This document shows, in pieces, positions 54,664-64,000 of a stretch of 64,000 bases of DNA; the stretch's first letter is position 1, and every line of letters starts with the position of its first letter. This stretch comes from a phage. A program made the position numbers and the translations under genes. The stretch is from NCBI GenBank assembly GCA_012549035.1, contig GCA_012549035.1_4805.1; one strand, 5' to 3'. The notes below the pieces were generated by a model that did no database searches, was not told the origin of the DNA, and worked only from the letters and a program-made list of their open reading frames with translations.

Positions 54664-57560
54664 TGTTTCCACAATTGAGAGTTCGCAGCGGTTACACGTT
54701 CAAAGAAGTTTATGGACGGCATCCTGAAATTATAGCACGGCTCAAAGAGTTGGGCTGCGAAGTCGCGGCATTAGTTGATAACAACACATGGGGTCACGTT
54801 CGCTGGGAAAAGGAATGCCAGAAAAATGATATTAAGCCTATGTTTGGAATGGAGATTCCAATCATCGACCCTGATGCGGACCCTAAAAAGGGATTCAAAC
54901 CGAAGGCTTGGATATTGGCCCTTGACTTAAAATCTTTTTACAACGCTACAACACTTTCAACGCAGCGCGGTGGACTTACCCGTTCAGAGTTCGGTGCGCT
55001 CGATGGCGTCGTTAAATTCTGTGGCGGTGCCGTGGAGTTGCTGCGGCCAGAGGACTACGACTATATAGACGTCAACCCATCATCGTTCCTTTTGGCAAAG
55101 CGCCAGGCATTGGCTCATCGTAGCAGTGGAAGGCCGCTGGTTTTAACCGGATACAACCACATGCCTTCACCTGAGCACGTTGACTTTGCTTATGCGTGGG
55201 AAGTGCGCGACACGGTCAAGCCGCACTGCATCGTTGACGCGGAAGACTTGCGCAAACAGCTTAAAGGCATCTTGACTGAAGATGAGCTCAATCAGGCAAC
55301 GGCCAATGCTGTTGACATAGCAAACGGCATAGTCGGACTTGACCTGAAATTACGCAAGGCACCGATTATTCACCTTGCTGGTGACATGGTAAAGCTTGCT
55401 CGCGAGGGTATGGAGTACCGTCTAAAAGCAGGTCACATCAAAGAATGGACTCAGGAATACGAGGACCGCTTCAACGAAGAAATTCACCAGATTCAGCTGA
55501 AAGATTTCGACTCATACTTTCTGGTGGTAGCGGACCTTGTACGATTCGCAAAAACAAAAATGCTCGTCGGTCCTGCGCGCGGCTCATCGGCTGGTTCACT
55601 TGTTTGCTATTGCCTCGGCATCACGGAAGTGGACCCAATCCCGTATAAGCTGCTGTTTGCCCGATTCATCGACGTAAGCCGCGCCGACCTTCCTGACATC
55701 GACATCGACTTTGAAGATACCAAACGCTATATGGTGTTTGATTATCTTAAAGAGAAATACGGCGAAATGAACGTTGCAAAGCTTGGCAACATCAACACGC
55801 TTAAGGCCAACTCAGTAATGGCTCAAGTTGGTAAGAAGTTCAACATTGGATACCACGAAACAGCCAACATTAAAAACGCACTGCTTGAATACTCATCCGG
55901 TGACGCCCGTTATGGTCACGGCCTGGAGGATACCTTTGCAACAACGACCACGGGTCAAGAGTTCGTGGCTAAATATCCCGATGCCGCGCGATGCATGGGT
56001 GACCTTGAGATTCACCCTTCCCACACTGGCGTTCACGCAGCGGGAATCATCGTGTGTAATGACCCAATCTCTGATTACTGTACTGTAACTGCAGAAGGGA
56101 TTGCGCAAATCGATAAGCCTGACAGCGAATACCTCAACCTTTTGAAGCTTGATGCACTGGGCCTTCGTACTCTCGGCATCATTTCTGATACAGGCGTCAT
56201 TGATGCTGAAACGCTGTACGGAATCAAGCTTGATGATCAAAGTGTCCTTGACATTCTTAATGAAAACAAAATGTCAGGCATCTTCCAGTTTGAAGGTGAT
56301 GCTGTACGCTCAGTAACAAACTTTGTGCACGTCGATAACTTTAACAAAATCGACAACCTGACGGCGTTGGGTCGACCTGGACCATTGTCATCCGGTATGG
56401 CCCAGAAATACATTGAACGCGCGGCAGGGCGTGCGCCGATTGAGTACGACGTGCCGCAGCTTGAGCCGTACTTGAAAGAGACTTACGGCGTGTTTCTTTA
56501 CCAAGAGCAAATCATGGCCGTGGTTAAAGAGATTGGTTCATTTGACTGGGCGAAAACATCCGCTGTACGTAAGGCGATGTCAGGCCGTAAGGGTGAGGAA
56601 TACTTTAACAAGCTTGGCGAAGACTTCGTTGCAGGCGCAATAAATAATGGCGTGCCGGAAGCGGATGCAAGAAAGCTTTGGCAGGCGATGGCGACGTTCG
56701 GGTCATGGGGCTTTAACAAGTCACACTCCGTGTCATACGCGGTCGTGACCTACTGGACCTTGTGGCTTAAACGACACTACCCGTTGGAATTTGCCGCTGC
56801 TTGCTTACGCGCTGCTAAGGACGAAGACCAGACGATTGCGATATTACGTGAACTTGCGAAGGAAGGCGTGGATTATGTGCCAATCGATCCTGATCACTCT
56901 TCAATGAACTGGACCATCGCTAACGGAAAGCTAATCGGCGGCATCATGAACGCTAAAGGGTACGGAATGGTGAAGGCGATGAAGTACATCGAAGCACGTG
57001 AAGCCGGAACCTTAACGCAAAAGCAGAAGGATGCATTGGCCAATGCTGAAGTCAAATACGGCGACCTTACAGAGATGCACACCAAGTTCGGCTGGGCATA
57101 TAATGACCCATATCTTATTGGCGTCACTTCCGGCGCTTCAATACGCCAGATGAAGGAAGTAGGCGATGATGAGCGTGCAATAGTAATCGGCAAGTTGACA
57201 AAGAAAGTGCTTGCGGACGAGAATGAAGCAACACGCATCCGTAAACGACTTGAGCGCGGCATCTATACAAAGCACGGCAAGCTTAAAAAGGGTCTTCAAG
57301 CTGATGGCCGCTACGCAGAGTTTGACCAGTACGGGAACAAGCTTGAGACTCAGTTCATCGACCTTATGTGCAAAGACGACTCGACCGACTCGCCAATGCG
57401 ATTCAGGATTCGTCCAGAGAAGTTCCAGAAGTACGGGAAGTACATCGCTGAAAACGTCGGGAACGGCGCATTCTTCCTGATGAAAGGTCGTAAGCTTGAA
57501 GGCATTGACATGTTCATTGTTGACGTGATCAAACAGGTGTACCCAGATGGCAACAAATAA
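54663..57560 (+). CDS. DNA polymerase III alpha-like (DnaE-family) replicative polymerase
   Basis: 965 aa; GSSAGSLVCYCLGITEVDPIPYKLLFARFIDVSRADLPDIDIDFE matches DnaE palm region; N-terminal PHP-like region lacks the usual His-rich motifs. Confidence 0.7.
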   Translation: MFPQLRVRSGYTFKEVYGRHPEIIARLKELGCEVAALVDNNTWGHVRWEKECQKNDIKPMFGMEIPIIDPDADPKKGFKPKAWILALDLKSFYNATTLSTQRGGLTRSEFGALDGVVKFCGGAVELLRPEDYDYIDVNPSSFLLAKRQALAHRSSGRPLVLTGYNHMPSPEHVDFAYAWEVRDTVKPHCIVDAEDLRKQLKGILTEDELNQATANAVDIANGIVGLDLKLRKAPIIHLAGDMVKLAREGMEYRLKAGHIKEWTQEYEDRFNEEIHQIQLKDFDSYFLVVADLVRFAKTKMLVGPARGSSAGSLVCYCLGITEVDPIPYKLLFARFIDVSRADLPDIDIDFEDTKRYMVFDYLKEKYGEMNVAKLGNINTLKANSVMAQVGKKFNIGYHETANIKNALLEYSSGDARYGHGLEDTFATTTTGQEFVAKYPDAARCMGDLEIHPSHTGVHAAGIIVCNDPISDYCTVTAEGIAQIDKPDSEYLNLLKLDALGLRTLGIISDTGVIDAETLYGIKLDDQSVLDILNENKMSGIFQFEGDAVRSVTNFVHVDNFNKIDNLTALGRPGPLSSGMAQKYIERAAGRAPIEYDVPQLEPYLKETYGVFLYQEQIMAVVKEIGSFDWAKTSAVRKAMSGRKGEEYFNKLGEDFVAGAINNGVPEADARKLWQAMATFGSWGFNKSHSVSYAVVTYWTLWLKRHYPLEFAAACLRAAKDEDQTIAILRELAKEGVDYVPIDPDHSSMNWTIANGKLIGGIMNAKGYGMVKAMKYIEAREAGTLTQKQKDALANAEVKYGDLTEMHTKFGWAYNDPYLIGVTSGASIRQMKEVGDDERAIVIGKLTKKVLADENEATRIRKRLERGIYTKHGKLKKGLQADGRYAEFDQYGNKLETQFIDLMCKDDSTDSPMRFRIRPEKFQKYGKYIAENVGNGAFFLMKGRKLEGIDMFIVDVIKQVYPDGNK

Positions 57561-57969
57561 CCGTGAGCAGAAATACATATTCGTCCCATTGAAGAAGCAT
57601 TCGGAATCAATATTGAAGCTTCAACGAATCGAGTCAATGACGGGCGATGGCGTGCCGGACGTAATCGGCACCAACCGGAAAGGGCGCGGCTTTTGGCTTG
57701 AAATGAAGTTCTTTGAATCGTGGCCTGCAAGGGCCACCACTGCACCTTTCAGAAATGCATTTGAGAAAGGCCAATGCAGCTTTCTTTCTTCGTGGAATGA
57801 TTGGAAATACCCATCATTTGTTCTGCTTAAGGTTGATTCTGAGAAGATGTTTTATTTAGTCCACCCTTCTATTGAATTAAAGCGTTATAATACTGCAGAC
57901 GTTCAACGTGAGATAATCGTGAAGGGAACTATTCATCACATCATCAAGTATTTAGAGGAATTGTCATGA
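57547..57969 (+). CDS. VRR-NUC-like nuclease (PD-(D/E)xK)
   Basis: GVPDVIGTNRKGRGFWLEMK fits PD...E-x-K; lies directly upstream of SNF2 helicase. Confidence 0.5.
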   Translation: MATNNREQKYIFVPLKKHSESILKLQRIESMTGDGVPDVIGTNRKGRGFWLEMKFFESWPARATTAPFRNAFEKGQCSFLSSWNDWKYPSFVLLKVDSEKMFYLVHPSIELKRYNTADVQREIIVKGTIHHIIKYLEELS

Positions 57970-59489
57970 AAACACAAGGAATGCGCCACCAATTATTGGC
58001 GCTTGATAAAGCAGGCCGCAGAAAATACTTTGCTTATTTCATGGAGCAGGGTCTTGGTAAAACCTGGACTGCTTTGGCAGAGTTTGAAAAGCATTTCACC
58101 GCTGGCGCATTTGACGCCATGGTTGTCATCGCTCCTAATGGTGTACACTCAAACTGGATTCGTCGTGAAGCGCCAGAGCACCTTTCCATCAAGTGGATTG
58201 GGCATTACTGGCGCGGCAATGACAAGATGAAAACTAAAAAGGGCAAAGCAATTTGGGAGAAGATGTTTGCTGATCACTATCCTGAAGGTGAAGTGCCTGC
58301 GCGCATCTTCTCATTCAACATTGACACGGTGAATACGCCAGTCGGTTATCAACACATTGAGTCCGTACTGAAGAAGTACCGCTGTTTGATGATCATTGAT
58401 GAATCGACGCGTATCAAAAATAACACAGCCAAGCGTTCCATCAAGGTTGTGGAATTGGGACGGCTGGCAAAGGCCCGTCGAATCCTTTCCGGTACGCCGC
58501 TGCCGCGCTCGCCTGCTGATATTTACATGCAGTATCACTTCCTTGAAGCTGGCTTGCTTGGCACCAAATCGTTCCGTGCATTCAATTCTGAATTCACGGT
58601 GCTGCTTGAAGCGCACGACCCAGAGATGCAGGCCATTCTCAAGAAAATCGGCGGCAACGGTTATGGCATTCCGCAAGTGCCGCGCAAAGACCAGTTTGGC
58701 CGACCGATGTATAAAAACCTTGACAAGCTTATCCGGCTGATGGAGCCGCACTATTTCCGCGCGACAAAAGCGGAATACCTGCCGGAACTTCCAGAGAAGG
58801 TGTACAAGTTTATCGACTTCGAGTTGTCGCCTAAGCAGCGCGATGTCTATGATGAACTCAAGAATGAGTACAACTATCTGATGGAGTATAAAGGCGAAGA
58901 AGAAAACGTTAAGTTTGAGATGATCGCATCTCGCACTAAGATGAAGCAGGTGACATCAGGCTTTGTTAAGGTGTATGATGAGATGGTCTACATGGAAGAT
59001 AACCCACGATTCACGGCCTTTAAGGACTATGTTGAAGGGGTGTTGGAAGATGACCCAGAGCGCAAATTCATTGTGTGGGCAATCTTTAAGGAAGAGATGA
59101 ACCAGATTAAGGATTGGCTTGAGTCTGAAGGCGTGGTCACTGGTGTGTACAACGGTGAAACGTCAAAAGAGCAGCGCGAGTTCTTGATTGATGACTTCCA
59201 GAAAAACACAGTCGAGAACGGTGGGACGCAAGTCTTAGTTTGTCACGCTGCAGCGGCAGGCATCGGAATCACGCTTACCGCCGCCGACTTGGCAATCTAT
59301 TATTCTTGCAACTATGACAACGAGTTGCGCAAGCAATCCGAAGACCGAAATCACCGCATCGGCACCAAATCAAGCGTGTTGTATGTTGATTTTATTGGGG
59401 TTGATACCATCGACGAAGAAATTCAGCGTTCATTGAGTATGAAGTCTATGCTTGCTGATCACATCCTCGACGGCAAAAAGATGAATTAA
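57966..59489 (+). CDS. SNF2-family (SF2) helicase
   Basis: Motif I GLGKT, motif II MIIDESTRIKN, C-terminal helicase motifs. Confidence 0.75.
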   Translation: MKTQGMRHQLLALDKAGRRKYFAYFMEQGLGKTWTALAEFEKHFTAGAFDAMVVIAPNGVHSNWIRREAPEHLSIKWIGHYWRGNDKMKTKKGKAIWEKMFADHYPEGEVPARIFSFNIDTVNTPVGYQHIESVLKKYRCLMIIDESTRIKNNTAKRSIKVVELGRLAKARRILSGTPLPRSPADIYMQYHFLEAGLLGTKSFRAFNSEFTVLLEAHDPEMQAILKKIGGNGYGIPQVPRKDQFGRPMYKNLDKLIRLMEPHYFRATKAEYLPELPEKVYKFIDFELSPKQRDVYDELKNEYNYLMEYKGEEENVKFEMIASRTKMKQVTSGFVKVYDEMVYMEDNPRFTAFKDYVEGVLEDDPERKFIVWAIFKEEMNQIKDWLESEGVVTGVYNGETSKEQREFLIDDFQKNTVENGGTQVLVCHAAAAGIGITLTAADLAIYYSCNYDNELRKQSEDRNHRIGTKSSVLYVDFIGVDTIDEEIQRSLSMKSMLADHILDGKKMN

Positions 59490-59502
59490 TATCAAAAATA
59501 AT

Positions 59503-59550
59503 TTGACTTGTCACGGAAGATGAGTCATAATTACTTCATCGAAACGAAAC
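59503..59550 (+). promoter_or_regulatory. Promoter-like element homologous to 52674-52717
   Basis: TTGACT, 17-nt spacer, CATAAT, then TTCATCGAAACGAA; AGAGGA SD before ATG 59564. Confidence 0.45.
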
Positions 59551-59563
59551 AGAGGAATACAAA

Positions 59564-59827
59564 ATGGTACGCATCCTTGAACGTTACAAAAATGAAGCTA
59601 CTGGAGTAATCGCTTTCAAACGTCTTTTGGTCAAAGAAATTGACGGAATGTTCCGCGTTGTTAAAGAGTTTGATTATGGCAACGGTGCTGGGGTGAATAC
59701 CGTTATTATGCCTGGCATCAAGGCATATAAAACCTTAAAAGGCGCTGAGAAGGCTTTGGCGGCTTGGAAACCTGAACGTTATCAAATGACCCGTGTTGAA
59801 GGGCTAATGCAAGAAGGTAAAATATGA
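59564..59827 (+). CDS. Hypothetical protein
   Basis: 87-aa ORF. Confidence 0.5.
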   Translation: MVRILERYKNEATGVIAFKRLLVKEIDGMFRVVKEFDYGNGAGVNTVIMPGIKAYKTLKGAEKALAAWKPERYQMTRVEGLMQEGKI

Positions 59828-60381
59828 GCAATATTAATTGGGAAGATGATTTGCCGCAGGTTGCTCCTGAGAGCATTCAAGAGCGCCTTGCGCGCTTAGT
59901 ATCTGAACTGGCAGAACGCCAAGAAGCTTTGACGGAGCTTGAAGATGAAGCTGATATGCAAAAGCAGCGCATCAGTGAAATCAAAACTGTTCTGCTTCCT
60001 GGCGTTATGGATGAGCTTGGTGTGTCTGAAATCAAGCTTGAGGACAAGACCAAAATCAAGGTCGAGTCAAAGGTGAATGCTTCAATCAAGAAAGAAAACG
60101 AATTAAAAGTTTTCGATTGGCTTGTCAACAACGGTTACGGCGGCTTGATCAAGTCCAGCGTCACGGCTGAGTTCGGTCGCGAAGAAATCGAACAGGCGCA
60201 AGAGATTGTTGCCGCGCTGCGTGAAGATGGTGTTGAAGCCACGTTGAAACAAGGCGTTCACTCTGCTACACTGAAGTCGTTTGTAAAAGAACAGCTGGAA
60301 GCGGGCAATCCAGTTAGTGAAGATATTAGCGTTTTTGAATACAAAGAAGCTAAAATAACCTTGCCTAAAAGCAAAAAGTAA
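59824..60381 (+). CDS. Hypothetical acidic coiled-coil protein
   Basis: 185-aa ORF upstream of SSB-like gene. Confidence 0.5.
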   Translation: MSNINWEDDLPQVAPESIQERLARLVSELAERQEALTELEDEADMQKQRISEIKTVLLPGVMDELGVSEIKLEDKTKIKVESKVNASIKKENELKVFDWLVNNGYGGLIKSSVTAEFGREEIEQAQEIVAALREDGVEATLKQGVHSATLKSFVKEQLEAGNPVSEDISVFEYKEAKITLPKSKK

Positions 60382-60440
60382 TTTAACCTTTATCTTGAAA
60401 TCAGGTTGCCACGAAACTTGATACTATAGGAAAATATCAA

Positions 60441-61301
60441 ATGTCTAAGAAAGAAACTACCGAAGTTGCAGTGAAAAACACCCAGATGTCCGCTATGGCT
60501 GATTTTGTCGACATGACCGATTTTGGCGCTGGTTTTGAAGGTGCCGATGCCGATGCGTATGCCATTCCTTTTATCGTCGTACTGCAGAAGATGTCTCCTA
60601 TGGTCGACGAAGATGATCCAAAACACGTTCCTGGCGCAAAAGCTGGCATGCTTTACAACACCGTTACTGGTGAGTTGTATGACGGCAAGAAAGGCGTGCA
60701 GATCATCCCTTGCGCATTCAAACGCACCTTCATTCTTTGGGGCGGTCGCGAGTCCGACGATAAAGGCTTTAAAGGTGAATTCACCAAAGAGCACGTTGAT
60801 GCAGAAGTCGCGGCAGGCCGCGCTGTTGAGATCAACGGTAAGGTATTCGTGCCGGACGAAAACGGCAAGGTGCACGAGAAGAAATCTCCTTACTACGCAG
60901 ATACACGCAACCACTTCGTAATTCTGTTGAACGAAGAAACTGGTGAATTTGGTAGCGCAATGCTGTCTCTGACTTCTTCCATGATCAAGCCGTCTCGCAT
61001 GCTGATGACCGCTCTGCAGCAGAAGAAAGTTCAGACTCCGCAGGGTCTGAAAACGCCGCCGACCTTTATGAACATCGTTCGCATGGGTACTGCATCCCAG
61101 TCCAAAGACGGCAACACCTGGTCTGTTCTGAAGTTTGAGCTGGAAGGTCTGGTGCAGGACAAAGGCCTGTACGAAGTCGCCAAGGCATTCCACAACGACG
61201 TAGTTGGCGGTAACGTTAACATCGACCGCAGCAAGCAGGAAGAAGCAAGCGGTGCCGCTGGTCCTGTCAATGAAACTCCGACCGACGCAGAAGAGTTTTA
61301 A
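60441..61301 (+). CDS. ssDNA-binding / annealing-like protein (putative) with acidic C-terminal tail
   Basis: 286 aa ending ...ETPTDAEEF, like acidic aromatic-terminated SSB tails; in replication module. Confidence 0.4.
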   Translation: MSKKETTEVAVKNTQMSAMADFVDMTDFGAGFEGADADAYAIPFIVVLQKMSPMVDEDDPKHVPGAKAGMLYNTVTGELYDGKKGVQIIPCAFKRTFILWGGRESDDKGFKGEFTKEHVDAEVAAGRAVEINGKVFVPDENGKVHEKKSPYYADTRNHFVILLNEETGEFGSAMLSLTSSMIKPSRMLMTALQQKKVQTPQGLKTPPTFMNIVRMGTASQSKDGNTWSVLKFELEGLVQDKGLYEVAKAFHNDVVGGNVNIDRSKQEEASGAAGPVNETPTDAEEF

Positions 61302-61320
61302 TCGACAATCAAATCAACAA

Positions 61321-61349
61321 GGCTGCCGATTGGCGGCCTTTTATTTATC
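61321..61349 (+). terminator. Intrinsic terminator
   Basis: aggctgcc-gatt-ggcggcct followed by tttatttat. Confidence 0.55.
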
Positions 61350-61358
61350 TGGTGCATC

Positions 61359-61877
61359 ATGATAGAAAGAATTGTACCGCTCCTGAAGATTCTGGCCCTT
61401 GTTGGCGCGTTTGCCGCTGGATCATACGTTGAAGAACTGCAGCAAACCAACGCATCACTGGCCAAGGATAACCAATATCTGACATCGCTGAATGAGCGTA
61501 AGGACAAGATAAATGCACTCGAAGAGCAAATTGCATCTTTACAGGTTGAATCGGCATCGGCATATGAGAAAGGTCGCCAGGAAGCGCAACTGGTTGCTGA
61601 TGACACTATTGCTCGTTACAAGTCTGGGAATATCAAGCTGCGCGCGCAACTCAGCTGCTCCCGTGAGTTACTCAGGAGTGTGCCCGACTCTGCGACCACT
61701 GGACGCCTCTCTGTCCCAGAAGGAAACTGTGGACTATCAGAAGAGGATGTCAGATTTCTTGTTCAGTTCGCCGCAGAAACAAATCGATTAAAAGAGAAAG
61801 TTAATAGCTTGATTGATACTTATAATCAGGCTAAAATAAAAATCGATCAATTCAATGCATCAAAGGAAAATAAATGA
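61359..61877 (+). CDS. i-spanin (Rz-like)
   Basis: N-terminal TM (IVPLLKILALVGAFAAGSYV) then coiled-coil periplasmic domain. Confidence 0.55.
   Translation: MIERIVPLLKILALVGAFAAGSYVEELQQTNASLAKDNQYLTSLNERKDKINALEEQIASLQVESASAYEKGRQEAQLVADDTIARYKSGNIKLRAQLSCSRELLRSVPDSATTGRLSVPEGNCGLSEEDVRFLVQFAAETNRLKEKVNSLIDTYNQAKIKIDQFNASKENK
61564..61791 (+). CDS. o-spanin (Rz1-like lipoprotein) embedded in +1 frame within Rz-like gene
   Basis: MRKVARKRNWLLMTLLLVTSLGISSCARNSAAPVSY...: basic n-region, hydrophobic core, lipobox-like ISSC, Pro-rich mature part. Confidence 0.5.
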   Translation: MRKVARKRNWLLMTLLLVTSLGISSCARNSAAPVSYSGVCPTLRPLDASLSQKETVDYQKRMSDFLFSSPQKQID

Positions 61878-62497
61878 AACAGATTTATGCAAACATTCGC
61901 CAGTGGGCTTCTGACCGTAACATCATCCAAGGTTGCGACCTTAAGGACCAATACCCGAAGCTTATCAGCGAGTTCGGGGAGTTAACCGACCACGTTGATC
62001 AACTCCATGACCTTGTGTTCTTCGACCCTGAAATTGGATATACAGAGCAAGCCATCTGTGACTTGCAGGCAGCAATTAAGGACGACATCGGCGATTGCCT
62101 TGTTGTGTTGACCATCCTGGCAGCGCAAAACGGTACTGAAATCGAAAACATTAATGGCGGCGGTTGCGCTGATAAAGGTGCTCACCCTCATTCATTTATC
62201 CTTCGCCTGGCAAAGACCCTTGGACGACTTGGTGATGCAATCGCTAAGAATCAGACCATGGATATTGACGTGACCATCATGGCCGCAGCCGATTACCTTT
62301 CCGGCGTAGCTCATGATTATGGCCTTCGCTTATCCGACTGTGCGCAAGCGGCCTACGAAGACATTAAAGACCGAAAAGGTGTCATGTACAACGGCACATT
62401 CATCAAATCGACTGATCCAGCTTATGAGCACTCCTGCAAAATGGTAAAGAAGCTGGAACTTGAAGACCGTGTGATCAGAGAAGTTACAGGACAATAA
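61874..62497 (+). CDS. MazG-like nucleotide pyrophosphohydrolase (putative)
   Basis: 207-aa acidic helical protein with EFGELTDHVDQ and DDIGD segments; tentative. Confidence 0.4.
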   Translation: MKQIYANIRQWASDRNIIQGCDLKDQYPKLISEFGELTDHVDQLHDLVFFDPEIGYTEQAICDLQAAIKDDIGDCLVVLTILAAQNGTEIENINGGGCADKGAHPHSFILRLAKTLGRLGDAIAKNQTMDIDVTIMAAADYLSGVAHDYGLRLSDCAQAAYEDIKDRKGVMYNGTFIKSTDPAYEHSCKMVKKLELEDRVIREVTGQ

Positions 62498-62499
62498 TT

Positions 62500-63462
62500 A
62501 TGACAGCATTAAAACCAATGAAGGGTTGCCAACGTAAGCAAATAATCGAGCGCGGCGAGGACGTGCCGCTGCCTTGCGGACTGTCATTCAAGGTCGATGG
62601 CATACGTGCAATGGCGTATGACAACTTGCCAATGGGCACTTCCGGCATGCCGTTGCGCAACGTTCAAATCAAAAAAGAGTTCCTCTTCTTGGGTGAATTA
62701 ATTCACGGACTTGATGGAGAGCTAATCGACGGCAATCCGAATGACAAGAACGTCATGCAACAGGCCTATACTGCATGCATGAATACTGATGCAATCACTA
62801 ACTTTACATGGTGGGTGTTTGATGACTTCAGTGACCCTGATTTGCCTTTTGAAAAGCGTTATGCAAACTATCGAGCTAGAGTTGCTGAGGTCAATCAGCA
62901 TCTCATCAACCATGGTCGACGCCCATTCCTTCGCGCTCTCGAATATCGAAACATCGAAAATATGGAACAGTACGCGGCGATGCAAATCGAAGCAGACCAG
63001 CTTGGATATGAAGGCTTGTATGGCAAGTCTTGGACGGGCAAATACAAGCATGGCCGCGCAACGCCAAAGTCACGTGATGTATGGAAGGATAAGCCGTGGA
63101 CGGATGAAGAAGGATTGATCATAGACTTCGTTGAGATGATGGAGAACAACAACGAAGCATTCATTGACGAATTGGGTCGCACCAAGCGTTCAAAAGAGGC
63201 TGAAGGTTTAGTTGCGAAAGGATACCTTGGCTCATTTGTAGTCGTCAATCCAAAATATGTTGATGAGAAAGGTGAAATGATTCCTTTCCGCGTTTCAGCT
63301 GGTTCGATGCCTATGGCAGAGCGTAAAATGCTTTGGGAGAATCGCGAGAACTATCGCGATAAATATCTAACGTATAAATTCTTTAACTTTGGCATCGTTG
63401 ATGTGCCGCGCTCTGCTTTGTATAAATGCTTCCGTGATATTACCGATATGGAGTATTTTTAA
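62500..63462 (+). CDS. ATP-dependent DNA ligase
   Basis: Motif I KVDGIR (FKVDGIRAMAY); length and Lys-rich downstream motifs fit small phage ligases. Confidence 0.7.
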   Translation: MTALKPMKGCQRKQIIERGEDVPLPCGLSFKVDGIRAMAYDNLPMGTSGMPLRNVQIKKEFLFLGELIHGLDGELIDGNPNDKNVMQQAYTACMNTDAITNFTWWVFDDFSDPDLPFEKRYANYRARVAEVNQHLINHGRRPFLRALEYRNIENMEQYAAMQIEADQLGYEGLYGKSWTGKYKHGRATPKSRDVWKDKPWTDEEGLIIDFVEMMENNNEAFIDELGRTKRSKEAEGLVAKGYLGSFVVVNPKYVDEKGEMIPFRVSAGSMPMAERKMLWENRENYRDKYLTYKFFNFGIVDVPRSALYKCFRDITDMEYF

Positions 63463-63536
63463 GACACTAGATAAATAATTGGTGCGGATAATCTATCGCG
63501 TCGTTTTATAGAATTTAATATACAGTGTATACATAA

Positions 63537-63565
63537 AGCCGGAAATCTCCGGCTTTTCTTTTATT
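63537..63565 (+). terminator. Intrinsic terminator after ligase gene
   Basis: agccgga-aatc-tccggct followed by tttcttttattt. Confidence 0.6.
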
Positions 63566-63638
63566 TACCTTTCGCCTTATTTACTTTCAAAACCTTCGGC
63601 CTATACTATTAATATTCGTAATCAAAAGGTGAATTATA

Positions 63639-64000
63639 ATGAAATCGAAAACTTTAAAGATTGTTTTGATCACCATCATGGCTATGCTGACAGTCTTGTT
63701 CTTCACCAAAAGTGCAGCGGCTGAAAGTATGTTTACGCCGCCAAATAGTAATGCCAAAGTGTTAACGAGATATTTTAACAACGGCCAATCGTTCGAATTT
63801 TGCTGGAACAAATATGATGTGATAAAGGAAAGGTTTGATAAGGAAAAGATGTGCGTAATGAATGATCGCGGTCGCCAAGTCGTTTCGTTTGTGTTCGGAA
63901 TGTCAATTGCAAAAGTTGATGCCGCTGAAATCGTTGTCAGGTATAATACATTGGACAGCGGCCTTGTCGACAAGACATACCCTGTTGCAGTAGACAGCAG
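63639..64000 (+). CDS. Secreted hypothetical protein, partial (3' end beyond window)
   Basis: AAGGTGA SD; signal-peptide-like MKSKTLKIVLITIMAMLTVLFFTKSAAA; open to window end; preferred over antisense track ORF 63587..63973. Confidence 0.45.
   Translation, partial: MKSKTLKIVLITIMAMLTVLFFTKSAAAESMFTPPNSNAKVLTRYFNNGQSFEFCWNKYDVIKERFDKEKMCVMNDRGRQVVSFVFGMSIAKVDAAEIVVRYNTLDSGLVDKTYPVAVDS

Noticed and set aside
60390-61193. Minus-strand 267-aa ORF
   Set aside because: Antisense to the SSB-like gene; Arg/Phe/Cys-rich.
63587-63973. Minus-strand 128-aa ORF
   Set aside because: The plus-strand ORF from 63639 has an SD and signal peptide and matches local gene orientation.

Overview
This window reads as a 64-kb segment of a tailed dsDNA phage (Caudoviricetes) genome, about 45% GC, densely coding, with no rRNA, tRNA or CRISPR array found. 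All calls are from reading the sequence and ORF track by eye; no database search was run, so functional names are family-level inferences. Layout: (1) minus-strand morphogenesis module 1-24857 (partial fiber/wedge, baseplate J-like, central spike, tape measure with SLT lysin domain, tube/sheath-like, connectors, major capsid, protease/scaffold, MuF-like, portal, large terminase); (2) plus-strand cassette 24975-30622 with small membrane proteins and a 783-aa tail fiber carrying a C-terminal S74-type chaperone domain; (3) a CpG-rich island 30.7-33.5 kb with three copies of its own promoter/5'UTR cassette; (4) a small-terminase-like gene 33537-34010 embedded in an array of ATAGTGCAAAT repeats (candidate pac site); (5) minus-strand early region 34825-46669 of many small genes plus SF3 primase-helicase and a primase-like protein; (6) plus-strand replication and nucleotide-metabolism module 46830-64000 (Dda/RecD-like helicase, Lys/Ala/Glu-rich protein, FAD-oxidoreductase/ThyX-like/HAD/SDR/VOC-like cluster, DnaQ-like exonuclease, DnaE-like polymerase, VRR-NUC, SNF2 helicase, SSB-like, Rz/Rz1 spanins, MazG-like, ATP-dependent ligase). 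Best candidates for something undescribed: the CpG-rich island, the divergent ThyX-like enzyme cluster, a portal with an inorganic-pyrophosphatase-like C-terminal domain, and two homologous iteron/AT-rich elements 16 kb apart.
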